Shown here: positions 1 to 9,695 of the stretch, one piece after another
Layout of the letters: the number at the start of each line of letters is the position of its first letter
Position numbering within the stretch: the stretch's first letter is position 1
Assembly (NCBI GenBank): GCA_965223425.1
Contig: CBDCWS010000001.1
Location: forward strand, 32,001 to 96,000
Origin: Nitrosopumilus sp.
GTDB taxonomy: Archaea; Thermoproteota; Nitrososphaeria; Nitrososphaerales; Nitrosopumilaceae
Direction of reading: 5' to 3'
DNA length: 64,000 nt
Notes under the pieces: model-generated
Told to the model about the DNA's origin: nothing
Seen by the model: the letters and a program-made list of their open reading frames with translations, nothing else
Database searches by the model: none
Program-made: the position numbers and the translations under genes

Positions 1-2
1 CG

Positions 3-3000
3 ATTGAACACGGGACGGGACGCGGTCTGGTTGTCGCTGGACCGGGTTCGGGTAAGACGGCAGTGTTGCGTGAGCGTATGTTGAACCTCGTTCAGAGCGA
101 GGGTGTTGACCCACAACGGATATTGACGCTTGCGTTCAATAAAAAGGCTGAACAAGAATTGATAAAACGCTCCCGTGATATTGGTAAAGTCCAAATTAAG
201 ACAATTCACGGGTTTGCTAACCGGATAATTAGAGAGAACATTGACGCACTCGGCTTTGAGTATACACCGCAAGTCGCAGAAGAAGAAGACCAGTTTAAGA
301 ACTTTACCTATCGCCTTATGGCACAAGAGTCCAAAACAGGACAGGTTAATCAGACTATACTCAACGAAGTTATCAGCGAAGTAGACCGCGCACGTGCGGG
401 TGTAACGCAAGGTCTATTTGATCCAAGTGTATTGGCGGGTGAGGCGAAACGTTTTGCTATCGCTTATGAAACTTTTAAGACGGATAACCAACTCATTGAT
501 TTCCAAGATATGCTTATCCATACAGCGAACCTCTTGGAAACCCGCCCTGATATTGCTGAACGCTACAGAAGCCGATTTGATTATGTCCAAGTAGACGAAT
601 TCCAAGACGTATCTCAAGTGGATTATCGCTACCTTAGCCAGTTAGGTGAAAATATCCTTGCTGTCGGTGACGACGACCAGACTATTTTCGGATTCCGTTC
701 AGGTGCGGGTCAGGTCATGCAGGAATTTGCGGATACAGCGACACAATATAATATAACTGAAAACTTCCGCTCAACGCAGAATATCGTTGATTTATCCAAA
801 CAACTCATTGAGGGCGCGCAGTCACCGCGATTGGCTAAAGACTTGTTCTCACGTGGTGAAATGGGAGTAGGTGTTAAGCCCACATTTGTCCCCTCAACCC
901 CCGCTAATTTGTTTGACGAACTGGATAAACAACTGCCTCCCGATAGAGAAACGGCTATCCTTGTTAGAACGAATGACGAAGTGCGTGCGTTATGGAACAA
1001 AATGCCCGAAGCAATGCAGAAACGGGTAGCGACTGTCCAAACTATGCACTCTGTGAAAGGACTGGAATTTGACCGTGTTATTGTGCTAATGAACTCATTG
1101 GCAAGTGGTGGTGGACTCTACCGTTCCTTCCCTTCACTTCAGAATGCGGAAACATTGGCAGAAGACCTTGAGGAAGAACGCAGACTGCTCTATGTTGCCA
1201 TGACCCGTGCGAAAGAAGAACTTATCCTAATGGGGCATGAGTCGCATTTTATGCCTGAACTTGGGTTTGCACAGGCAGATCAGCCTGCTCCGATAAAGCC
1301 TGTCCTTAAAGACGCTGCGAAAGCAAGCAGACAGGTTCGCAGAAATACAGGCAGCCTGTTTGACCGACTCCGCGCACGTTATCAGCGTGTTCGCACCTAC
1401 CAAGATTTAGTGTCTATGGAAAAATCGGGTAGAGTGCCTATCGGTGAAGTCATTGAGAACCTCACTGCTACCCAAGTCCATAGAGAGAAGATAGAAGTGC
1501 TTGGCGAACAAATAGGGCTTAGACCGCGTAGACGTGACCGTAGGGCGCGTCGTCCGCGTTTCCTTGATAGATTGCTCACACTTCCCGCACGCACAGGACA
1601 GATAAAGGCGTTAGGTATCGCTGGTGCTGGATTAGCGGATTTAGCGACTGTTGACCCGTTTCTTGCTGGCGGTGTCGGCATATCAGGGTTTGTCGGCTCT
1701 AAATTGGGTAGGCTTATAGACGAGGCGTTGTATCCGCTTGCCCGTAGACCCGAACAGCAGTTGTTCTATGAACAGCTACACCGCCCGCTTCCTGACGCGG
1801 TGCGCGGTGCGTTGCCTGAAGGCGTTGATCCCACAGGGTTTAGGCATATTGAATCCCGACTTGCTGATCCGTTCAGAGAAGAATTCTATGAGTTTCCGCA
1901 CCCCGCAGAAGGTTGGGAAGGCGATCAATCGCAACGTCCGCTCTATGACGAAGCTGGCAACTTCATGAACCGTATATCAGAGGCAGAGGCAGAAGCACTT
2001 GGTGAACAGGGACGGTTGAGTAGGCTGGATACGTTTATTGACACGTCTACAGCAAGTGCGAATGTGGGTATAACGCCTTATGACCCGATTGGTGGCGACC
2101 CTTACCGCAGACCGCGTGTGCCACGAGAGCCAGACGCACTACAAGCTGCTATCCAAGAACATTTCACCGAATGGCGTGGTTTTCTTGAACAGAGCCGTGG
2201 TAGTGTGCGTCGTCCTTCTATATTCCGTAGTCCAAAGAACTGGCGTGCGTGGGGTAGACAGCATGGTAGACTCACAAGAGGGCTTGATCGGTTTGCGGGG
2301 CGTGGCTTTGATTTGGGGCGTGCGAATAAATTGCTCGGACGGCTGAATAGAGAGAATATCGGCTCACGCTTTGGTGGCGATACCTTTGAATTAGGTATGC
2401 AGACGACGCGTCTACAGAACGAAGTTATGGACGTGTTAGACGACGTGCTGAACCCCGCCAGCCCGTATTACGGTTCACCGACACAGATAATGGCGGGCGG
2501 ACGGCTACACGAACTGCCAGACGGCTCTATGGCAAGCGGTGACCCCGACCCGATATACACCGAAGGGCGTGGGTATACACGGACACCTCGCACACCGATA
2601 CGCCAACGTATTGGTCAACGTGTTGGCGGTGCGTTCCGCAGAACCCCGCAGGCTGAAATGCTACAGAACCTTGGGCTCGTTATAGAGACGTTTGACGAAC
2701 TGGGTGAACGGGTGCGTATCGGTTCAGGTTCGTATTTAGGCAAGGGACGGTTCGGCACGGCACTACACAATCTTATTGAGAGTAGGGACGTGCTGCGTCA
2801 GTCCGACATTCAGCGATTGGGGGCAGCCGACGGCTACCGCGACGGCTACCGGGAAAGCAATGACGGTCTGCATTTTGTTAGCGGATGCCTATTGAACGTC
2901 TTCGCTTGGCTGGTCATAGATAACCCCGCTGTGCCAGTTCCTGCGGGAAGGCTGATAGGGAGACCGCCGGCATACGTTCAGGCATACACCCAGTCCTACC

Positions 3001-3098
3001 AACAAACGATACAGGCAGAACGCACCAAATCTATGGGAGAAGGCTGCCTGATCAACGCAACGGTTGTATTTTGCCTGATGCCTGTGTTTATTTTTTAA
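3..3098 (+). CDS. UvrD/PcrA-like SF1A helicase domain in a large polyvalent/chimeric protein; 5' end lies outside the window
   Basis: Frame is open from nt 3: AGPGSGKT Walker A, LAFNKKA, VDEFQD Walker B, VGDDDQTIFGFR, NFRS, TMHSVKGLEF, EERRLLYVAMTRAK. About 600 aa of non-helicase C-terminal extension follow. Confidence 0.85.
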   Translation: MEHGTGRGLVVAGPGSGKTAVLRERMLNLVQSEGVDPQRILTLAFNKKAEQELIKRSRDIGKVQIKTIHGFANRIIRENIDALGFEYTPQVAEEEDQFKNFTYRLMAQESKTGQVNQTILNEVISEVDRARAGVTQGLFDPSVLAGEAKRFAIAYETFKTDNQLIDFQDMLIHTANLLETRPDIAERYRSRFDYVQVDEFQDVSQVDYRYLSQLGENILAVGDDDQTIFGFRSGAGQVMQEFADTATQYNITENFRSTQNIVDLSKQLIEGAQSPRLAKDLFSRGEMGVGVKPTFVPSTPANLFDELDKQLPPDRETAILVRTNDEVRALWNKMPEAMQKRVATVQTMHSVKGLEFDRVIVLMNSLASGGGLYRSFPSLQNAETLAEDLEEERRLLYVAMTRAKEELILMGHESHFMPELGFAQADQPAPIKPVLKDAAKASRQVRRNTGSLFDRLRARYQRVRTYQDLVSMEKSGRVPIGEVIENLTATQVHREKIEVLGEQIGLRPRRRDRRARRPRFLDRLLTLPARTGQIKALGIAGAGLADLATVDPFLAGGVGISGFVGSKLGRLIDEALYPLARRPEQQLFYEQLHRPLPDAVRGALPEGVDPTGFRHIESRLADPFREEFYEFPHPAEGWEGDQSQRPLYDEAGNFMNRISEAEAEALGEQGRLSRLDTFIDTSTASANVGITPYDPIGGDPYRRPRVPREPDALQAAIQEHFTEWRGFLEQSRGSVRRPSIFRSPKNWRAWGRQHGRLTRGLDRFAGRGFDLGRANKLLGRLNRENIGSRFGGDTFELGMQTTRLQNEVMDVLDDVLNPASPYYGSPTQIMAGGRLHELPDGSMASGDPDPIYTEGRGYTRTPRTPIRQRIGQRVGGAFRRTPQAEMLQNLGLVIETFDELGERVRIGSGSYLGKGRFGTALHNLIESRDVLRQSDIQRLGAADGYRDGYRESNDGLHFVSGCLLNVFAWLVIDNPAVPVPAGRLIGRPPAYVQAYTQSYQQTIQAERTKSMGEGCLINATVVFCLMPVFIF

Positions 3099-3127
3099 TT
3101 GACATTCAAGTGTGGAGGTGCTATAAT
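3099..3127 (+). promoter_or_regulatory. Consensus sigma70 promoter
   Basis: TTGACA (3099-3104), 17-nt spacer, TATAAT (3122-3127). Confidence 0.8.
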
Positions 3128-3133
3128 TTCTTA

Positions 3134-3350
3134 ATAGCAGTGGGCAATCTTTGCCCACCGGACGCACGGTTGAGTAGCTACTTCCGAGCGTCAAACTTAA
3201 ACCTCTTTATCTTGCGGTTTGAGTAGGTGTATACGGTTTGCGGGTGGTGCGTCTCTTAGGCGCGCCCCCTAACAACCAACAACACAGACCAACCCAAGAG
3301 ATAATACAAACAACACCTACAGCCGAAACGAGCAAGATATAAGCGGTTGA
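3134..3350 (+). ncRNA. Structured 5' leader / candidate regulatory RNA
   Basis: Hairpin GTGGGCAA/TTGCCCAC (3140-3158); GACGC/GCGTC (3161-3192); long-range pairs TATCTTGC/GCAAGATA (3208/3332) and GTAGGTGT/ACACCTAC (3223/3313). Confidence 0.5.
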
Positions 3351-3468
3351 GAGTCCCTCACCACAATCCAGCACGATTCGCTATTGGTCACACTCTCTCC
3401 TTCATATCTGCTGTAAACATTTCTCTGATAAAATTATCAGGGAATTAGCAAGGGAGATTTTTTGATCA

Positions 3469-4170
3469 ATGCGCAGTAAACACATTTCAGATATTATATC
3501 CCCAAGCATAAGTATAGAGATAGACGATCCGAATGAGAACGGCACAGGTACGGGTTCAGATCTCCTCATAAGACTGAAAGCTTTGACGGACGAATACGCT
3601 GAGAATCCTGAGAATAAGCCTTTTCTTGAGCACGCTTACAAGCGAGACGTGTTTTGCGAAAGGGCGAAGCGTGTGCTACGTAAGGCTGGTCGCCCAACCG
3701 TTGAGGAGTTGAATTATTGCTTTCCGCAGTATGATCACACAGAGTATATTAAGCAGTGTGAGGTAAAAGAAAAGCAGCGACAGGGCATTTCGGTAGAGGC
3801 TGACGTGCCTAAGCGAGAAAAGCACCGTTTTGAGCAGTTGCACTTTGCTGCAGTTACCCCGCAAGCACTTGAAGTGTTTATTAAGCATGGCTTATCGGCA
3901 AGTGATTGTGAGGTATATATATTTCTCGCCACACACCTTACTTTGGCAACAGGTATGACCAATCCCTATTCGCGCAACAAACTCGCTGGCGAAATACTTG
4001 ATTTGCATAGAACCACTATCTGGCGGTCGCTAAATAGGTTGGAAGCGGTGGACTTGATAATACCGCAGGGCGCACCTGAAAATAACGATACGTCCATTCG
4101 GTGGGAGGTTGCATACGTCGCTGATCAGTACGCATTGTATCTCAAAGAGCGGAAAAAAGGTGCTAACTGA
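3469..4170 (+). CDS. Winged-helix protein, replication initiator/replisome organiser-like
   Basis: C-terminal LSASDCEVYIFL...SRNKLAGEILDLHRTTIWRSLNRLEAVDLI has a wHTH pattern; upstream RBS-like AGGGAG. Confidence 0.55.
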   Translation: MRSKHISDIISPSISIEIDDPNENGTGTGSDLLIRLKALTDEYAENPENKPFLEHAYKRDVFCERAKRVLRKAGRPTVEELNYCFPQYDHTEYIKQCEVKEKQRQGISVEADVPKREKHRFEQLHFAAVTPQALEVFIKHGLSASDCEVYIFLATHLTLATGMTNPYSRNKLAGEILDLHRTTIWRSLNRLEAVDLIIPQGAPENNDTSIRWEVAYVADQYALYLKERKKGAN

Positions 4171-4357
4171 AAACACTAATACTTATTGCCTTGAACAGAA
4201 GCGGGGGGTGAAGCCGAAGGCGAGGGGGGTGATAGCACCCAACGCCTAAAGGCGTGGGCTTCGGTTTCATAGCGACTGCGGTTTTCTCTTTGAGATTACC
4301 GTCTTATTATCGCTCCACCAGCGGGCATTTTGCTTGCAAGAAACAAGGTTATGATAT

Positions 4358-5479
4358 TTAGGTTACCGCTATCCCTGCCCGCAATATATTTATCGCAGCG
4401 TTGATGTCTCTATCGTGGTGTGAACCACATTCGGGACATATCCACTGCCTATCGTTCAGAGAAAGATTATCGTTTTTGTAGCCACAATCCGAACACGGTT
4501 TCGTTGTGGCAGTCCATTGACTAACTTGGCGCAACTCACGCTTATGTTTGATACACTTATAATTCAGAATCTCAACAAATTGGTAGAAGGCAAGGTCGGA
4601 GACCTTACGTCCCCAAAGGCGTTTCAGGTTTCCGTCAAGATTCAGTGTTTCAAGAACAATCACGTCAAACTTCTTACACAGATATGTCGCAAGTTTATAG
4701 TGAAAGTCTTTGCGTTGATTGGCAATATGCCTATAGAACCGTGCGAGTTGTCTAACCGCACGCCACCAACCACCAGAACCTTTTTGTTTACGGCTAAGGG
4801 TCCTGTTGAGTTTGCGAAGTTTGCTCAAGGAGTGCTTCAACGGTTGTCGGTGTTGTATTTTCTCACCCGTGCTAAGTGTCAAGTATGCATCTTTCATACC
4901 GAAGTCTGCCCCAACGCTCTGACTTGTTGTCGGTAGAGGTTCAGTATCCGTGAAGTTAGTTGTGATATACAGCCAATAGTCACCGCAAGTATCACGTTTT
5001 ATTGTGATCGTTCTTATATCACCTTTCCACTCGCGGTGCTTGAAAAAGGTATACGGGACTCTATCAAATGTCCACTCGCACGTATCAGGATTCCATTTAC
5101 GCAACGTGACGGTGATACGGTTATTCGTTATCTTCCACCCCGATTGCCCGCGAAGTGTGATAGATTTAAACTTATGTCGCTTTTTGATTTTCGGTCTGCC
5201 GCCCAGTCTATTGAAAAAACGCTGATAGGCTGCGTCAATACGCTTAAGTTCTTCTTGAATCGCTTGGGACGGCAACACGTTCCAATGTGGGTGCAGGGTT
5301 CGCTTCAACTCTGTCAATTGCGCGCACATCGCACTATAGTTCGCATACGGCAAACCGTCTTTATAGCGTTGACGTTGCCACTTATGGAAATACTCATGCA
5401 CTTGCCACATATCGTCAAGCAAGTTGCCAATACGAATACAATTAGATTGACTGCCAAATTTATACTTATAGGTTTTCAT
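4358..5479 (-). CDS. tnpB: RNA-guided endonuclease TnpB
   Basis: RuvC residues VGADFG / VLETL / DRDINAA; zinc finger CSDCG...CPECG. Confidence 0.95.
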   Translation of the reverse strand: MKTYKYKFGSQSNCIRIGNLLDDMWQVHEYFHKWQRQRYKDGLPYANYSAMCAQLTELKRTLHPHWNVLPSQAIQEELKRIDAAYQRFFNRLGGRPKIKKRHKFKSITLRGQSGWKITNNRITVTLRKWNPDTCEWTFDRVPYTFFKHREWKGDIRTITIKRDTCGDYWLYITTNFTDTEPLPTTSQSVGADFGMKDAYLTLSTGEKIQHRQPLKHSLSKLRKLNRTLSRKQKGSGGWWRAVRQLARFYRHIANQRKDFHYKLATYLCKKFDVIVLETLNLDGNLKRLWGRKVSDLAFYQFVEILNYKCIKHKRELRQVSQWTATTKPCSDCGYKNDNLSLNDRQWICPECGSHHDRDINAAINILRAGIAVT

Positions 5480-5502
5480 GGTATATCAAGTATTAAGCCG
5501 GT

Positions 5503-5605
5503 AACCCCTTTCCAGTGGGTAGGCAGACACGCCACCAAGCGGGGACGCTGGAAATGTCTGCCAACTTGATACAATAATTATACTACAATCTTACCTAAAA
5601 GTCAA
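5503..5605 (-). promoter_or_regulatory. tnpB promoter plus conserved 62-nt structured leader (copy 1)
   Basis: TTGACT (5605-5600)-17-TATAAT (5582-5577); leader at 5564-5503 is homologous to 9382-9443 and 15910-15971. Confidence 0.8.
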
Positions 5606-5814
5606 ATCTTTTTTGACATAATTAACGCCAATAGCGGGCTTATATCCCAAAGCTAAAGCAGTCGGCTTTACGCCCGAAGTCCCGTAAGACCCCCCTTCTT
5701 TCTTAAGGATTTCATAAATTTATAGGGGTTTTGTAACTTAAATATGTTATATAATGTTAAGAGGGATTTAAGGGCTTACGAACCCACGTGTCACGCGGGT
5801 TCGTGAAATCGACT

Positions 5815-5968
5815 TGTGCAAGGTTGCACAAATCCGTGTCAGCCTGCACAAATCTGTGCAAGCCTGCACAGAATTATGAAAATCTGTGCAGATCTGCACA
5901 AGCCCCGTCTCACCTGACTTTGTTGGATATAAGTGACAAAAATGTTGTTTTTTGTGCGAATCTGCACA
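5815..5968. repeat. Palindromic iteron-like array TGTGCA-N4-TGCACA, putative origin
   Basis: Copies (two imperfect) at 5815, 5835, 5855, 5885 and 5953, preceded by an AT-rich tract (about 5700-5770) and a hairpin (5778-5804). Confidence 0.65.
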
Positions 5969-6000
5969 AAGGTTTGTGTGTTAAAGATATAGGGGTTCTC

Positions 6001-6615
6001 ATGACGTATGATATGCCGGTGGATATTCAGGTATTGATTGATAATAGGTGCTCGGGAAGCACCTATGCGATTTATCTTTATATCAAGCACCGAATCCTTA
6101 AATCCGCGCAAGAGGTGGGACTAAGCCTTACAAAGATTAAGAGAGGCTATAACCCTGACGATTACGAAGGGTTGAGAGGGATCAGTAGAGACGATATTAG
6201 AAACAACACACGATACACGTTGATCCAAGTGAAACGCGCAATTACAAAACTTAAAGATTTAGAGCTTATTGTACCCGTCGTAGAGGACAACGAGCGTTAT
6301 TACTATTCTGTTCATTTCATACTACCCTTTATTACCGATAATCCGAAGTTATTTGAAATGCCTGAATTAATGAGTGTTCGCGAAACAGCCCGCGACACAT
6401 TTGGTTTGGAGTCCGACGATAACTACTATGTGTTCAGCCCTACAAATATTGAAAGACACTCTAAGTTTGACCCCAATGATTTTGAAGTTGTGCTGTGGCG
6501 CGACGAGGAAACGGATACCGACTGGCGCATTCGCCAATTTTCGTATCTCTACTATGGTCATAACAACCACACAGGATTCATTAGAATGCTCGCCAGTAGG
6601 CAACCCTTGCCGTAA
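6001..6615 (+). CDS. Second winged-helix DNA-binding protein
   Basis: TYAIYLYI...SRDDIRNNTRYTLIQVKRAITKLKDLELI has a wHTH pattern; the upstream ORF extension is only the repeat array, so start placed at ATG 6001. Confidence 0.5.
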   Translation: MTYDMPVDIQVLIDNRCSGSTYAIYLYIKHRILKSAQEVGLSLTKIKRGYNPDDYEGLRGISRDDIRNNTRYTLIQVKRAITKLKDLELIVPVVEDNERYYYSVHFILPFITDNPKLFEMPELMSVRETARDTFGLESDDNYYVFSPTNIERHSKFDPNDFEVVLWRDEETDTDWRIRQFSYLYYGHNNHTGFIRMLASRQPLP

Positions 6616-6785
6616 AACAACAAACCTATTGCCAATTTTCCCACCCCGCCATCACTATATGTTGGGCAGCCCTGTGTTTAAACCTATCACACAAGGGCTG
6701 TCTTTTGGGGTAGCGGGCAATTGTAGTTAACTGAGGGTGGCCCTAATTTCCGATGGCAGTACAAACCTTTGCTTATCGCACGGCT

Positions 6786-7424
6786 TTAGTACCAGATGTA
6801 GTTAATCTTGAACCCAAGGGAATAGCCTGTAGTTTCTCCTTCATAAGCAGTATAGCCCGTATTAACACCAAAGAGTAGCAGAATACCCTCACCCAAGTCT
6901 TGATCGGTTACGTAAAAGTCATGAGTGCCGAAACTGAAATCTCCCTGTACAGTCCAGTTTTTCTTGAATTCATATCCAACACTAACACTGGCACCGTAAC
7001 CATCAACGAATTGGGAAACCTCATCTGAAAAATTTGGGAAATAGAAAGACACGGGCAAAGTTATATCGAAAAATAGGGAAGGTGCTGTCTTTTTTTGAAA
7101 AACTGTGATCCCAATACCCGTGGTCGTGAGTTTACTCACTTGAATCGACTGCGAAACGAGTAGTTGTTCGGTAAATCCCCAGCCAATTTTCAAGTTGCCC
7201 GCTGGGAATACCGTAGCGGCGATAGCATCATGATGAGTCTGCTCAAGCAACGGACCTGAAAAAAAACCCGCATCATACGTCCGAGCAGTCCACTCCTCAT
7301 CAGCAATAACTGGTGTCATACCAACACCAAGTTCAATGAAAGGTCCACGGCGACCACTGCATCCAACTATCAATAGTCCCAAGAGTGGCAACACTATCAA
7401 CATATACATGTTAGTCTTCATCAT
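6786..7424 (-). CDS. Outer-membrane beta-barrel protein with lipoprotein-type signal
   Basis: Lipobox-like LIVGC; alternating hydrophobic strands (VSVGYEF, YSLGFKINYIWY); aromatic C-terminus. Confidence 0.6.
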   Translation of the reverse strand: MMKTNMYMLIVLPLLGLLIVGCSGRRGPFIELGVGMTPVIADEEWTARTYDAGFFSGPLLEQTHHDAIAATVFPAGNLKIGWGFTEQLLVSQSIQVSKLTTTGIGITVFQKKTAPSLFFDITLPVSFYFPNFSDEVSQFVDGYGASVSVGYEFKKNWTVQGDFSFGTHDFYVTDQDLGEGILLLFGVNTGYTAYEGETTGYSLGFKINYIWY

Positions 7425-7545
7425 TATTCCTCTCCTCTGCGTTAGACGCGAATATGTAGCACTTGTATACCGATTTTTAACTTCGCTCAGAAATAGGATT
7501 CAAATGGGAGGGTGTTATCTTCCATTCTTCCATGTTCTTCTGACA

Positions 7546-7856
7546 TAACTGAGGGTGGTTCACAAATAAAGTTGTGGTATGCCAGGGCGATCGCAGTTTT
7601 CAATGCAGCAAAAGCCGCTCGGAAAACTGCCATTGAACCGACGTTTGATTTACTCAGCAAACTCTTGGCAACCCAAGGGCAACATAAACCTTTACCCGTC
7701 AGCGGTCTGGCATCTGTAGCCACCTTTCTCGGACTCGGCGTTATGATTTTACAACTTGCAATGTTAATGAATGTTCGCTGGAAACTTCCTACGCGAAAGG
7801 TCATGCACATTAAAACTGTTTTTTAATAAAAAGGATTTATGAACCACCCTCAGTTA
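7546..7856 (+). mobile_element. Internally deleted IS / MITE retaining a transposase C-terminus
   Basis: Terminal inverted repeats TAACTGAGGGTGGTTCA / TGAACCACCCTCAGTTA; RKTAIEPTFDLL resembles the helix carrying the DDE Glu. Confidence 0.65.
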
Positions 7857-8171
7857 ACTAATATAGTGTCCCGTTTTTGATATATCTCATGACTCTATCG
7901 TGTTCTTCGGGATCACTATTTCTATCAGAAGGTATGTAGGCAAATGAACTGTTGCGTCTTGATTTAAGTATCCCTGCTCCAGTAATATATTTTTCGTGTT
8001 GTGCGTCAGCAGAAACGAATAAAACATTGGTGGAATGAAGGTAGTATAGATACTCAAAATCTCTTGCCCCAATCTTTTCGTTGTAAGTGTTTTGACTTCT
8101 CCCACAGCTAAAGCGGTGGGATTCTTTCTTTCTTGCTTCATAGTTTAATGCCTCCCTTGTGGAGGTCTTAC

Positions 8172-9355
8172 TCAAACTCCACAAGCGTTTAGACTCTCCG
8201 TATGCCCTACGGCGAGGTGTTTTAGATTTATCGCAGCGTTGACATCTCTGTCTATAGTCTGATCGCAAACACTACAATGATATTCTCGCTCTGATAGCGA
8301 TAGTTCTTTCTTCTTATGCCCACAGTGGCTACACGTCTTACTCGACGCAAAGAACTGTGGAGATTCGGTTATCGGTATACCCAGCACTTCTGCTTTGGAT
8401 TTGAGTTTCTCAAGGAATCCACCTAACGCACTATCGGATAAGGCTTTCGCAAGGTGCTTGTTCTTGAGCATGTTCGTAATCTTAAGCGTTTCAACGCAAA
8501 TACCACTCACACTGGCATTATTAATAATCTCTGTAGTTGCTTTCTGGTGTGCGTCTATCCTGATACAAGTAATCCGATAGTGGCGTCTTTCCACTTTCTG
8601 TTTCTGCTTATACCAGTTGTTAGAGAGAAACACTTTCTTACTAAGCCTGCGTTGCTCACGTTTGAGTTTTCGCTCATTCGGACGGGCGAGAGTTGCTTCG
8701 CGAAGCCGAATCAACGGAAACCGCAGGATTGGCTTTGCAATCCTGCTCTCGCCCGTCCGCAACGTTTCAAAGGTCTTGGGTTCGGATACTGCTTACCGTT
8801 ATCAAGTGTGGCGAGTGAGTTGATACCTACGTCTATACCGACAACAGGGAGTCCACGTGTATCACGAGGAACATTTGGTGTTCCTGTGTCTACCGTTATA
8901 GATACAAACCACCTATGTGCCGTTCTTGATATGGTAATCTTTACAATCTCACCTTTAAACCGTAACTTCTGAAACATACGCACCCGCCCAATCTTTGGGA
9001 GGCGGATACGTTTACCTTTTATTGTGACCGAGTTCGGGTCAGTGCTATAAGATTGACGGTCTCTGCGTTTCTTTTTCTTTGGAAACCTGCTTTGTCCGCT
9101 TCGCCACCGTGATATAGCGTCCCCAAGGTGCTTTATGCCAAATAAGGCTGCGCGCTGATCCATGTCTTTTGCCCATTCTATACCGCGTTTGGCAATGTTA
9201 AAACGCTTATTGAGTTCTTTCCAGTGACGAGGCTCGTTTTTAAAATCAGATAGTCCATAGTTATACGCAAACCGAGAATAACCGCATTGCTGCGAAAACC
9301 ATGAACGCTGCTCGTCAGTTGTGTCTAATGCTATCTTATGTGATTTGATCGCCAT
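8172..9355 (-). pseudogene. tnpB: TnpB frameshifted by an 83-bp palindromic insertion
   Basis: N-half (VGIDVG) and C-half (ICVETL, CSHCG, DRDVNAA) rejoin as NPRPLKRYERKLK when 8678-8760 is removed. Confidence 0.9.
8678..8760. repeat. Cloverleaf palindromic insert
   Basis: Outer stem CGGACGGGCGAGAG/CTCTCGCCCGTCCG enclosing three small hairpins. Confidence 0.85.
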
Positions 9356-9381
9356 TTGGGTTGCTCACGTATCACGCCGTT

Positions 9382-9443
9382 AACCCCTTTCCAGTGGGTA
9401 GGCAAGCACGCCACCGAGAGGTGACGCTGGAAATACTTGCCAA
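9382..9443 (-). promoter_or_regulatory. Conserved tnpB leader (copy 2); -10 box apparently deleted
   Basis: 62-nt homology with compensatory changes; TTGACT -35 context retained but no spacer or -10. Confidence 0.8.
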
Positions 9444-9585
9444 GACGAAAAAAGTCAAATCTTTTTTGGACTCCTGCACGAGCGTTACAGGGCTGGACCC
9501 CGGTTTATGCCATAAGGCATAAATACCGTTGATTCACCTAAAGGATTGGGATTGTTAAGGAAGTCCCTTCATAGGTATATCCAAT

Positions 9586-9627
9586 AAAAAAAGGGAGTGT
9601 GTAGGGACACACCCCCTTTTTCTTTTT
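9586..9627. terminator. Intrinsic (probably bidirectional) terminator
   Basis: A-tract, GGGAGTGTGT/ACACACCCCC stem, T-tract, downstream of the lamin-tail gene. Confidence 0.7.
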
Positions 9628-9695
9628 AACAAAAGGTTAGTTCAAACATTATTTCATCCCTGAAATAACCTATTTAGTTCTGCAAGCCTCGATTC

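Larger units (their letters stand above)
4229..5683 (-). mobile_element. IS200/IS605-family tnpB-only (IS1341-type) element
   Basis: Minus strand starts after target TTAC with left-end hairpin GGGCGTAAAGCC...; ends with hairpin CCCACGCCTTTAGGCGTTGGG and TCAC; no tnpA. Confidence 0.85.
8092..9470 (-). mobile_element. tnpB-only element with IS200/IS605-type right end; left end uncertain
   Basis: Right end GAATCCCACCGCTTTAGCTGTGGGAGAAGTCAA; omega-RNA-like GCTTGTGGAG...GTAAGAC...GAAGCAAGAA. Confidence 0.75.

Noticed and set aside
5503-5564. tnpB leader as a ZTP riboswitch or HDV-like ribozyme
   Set aside because: The bulge-loop pseudoknot topology is reminiscent, but the ZTP consensus nucleotides and the HDV P1.1/P4/catalytic-C arrangement are not evident.
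5788-6000. Cys-rich N-terminal extension of the 5788-6615 ORF
   Set aside because: It is the translation of the TGTGCA/TGCACA DNA repeat array; the real start is probably 6001.
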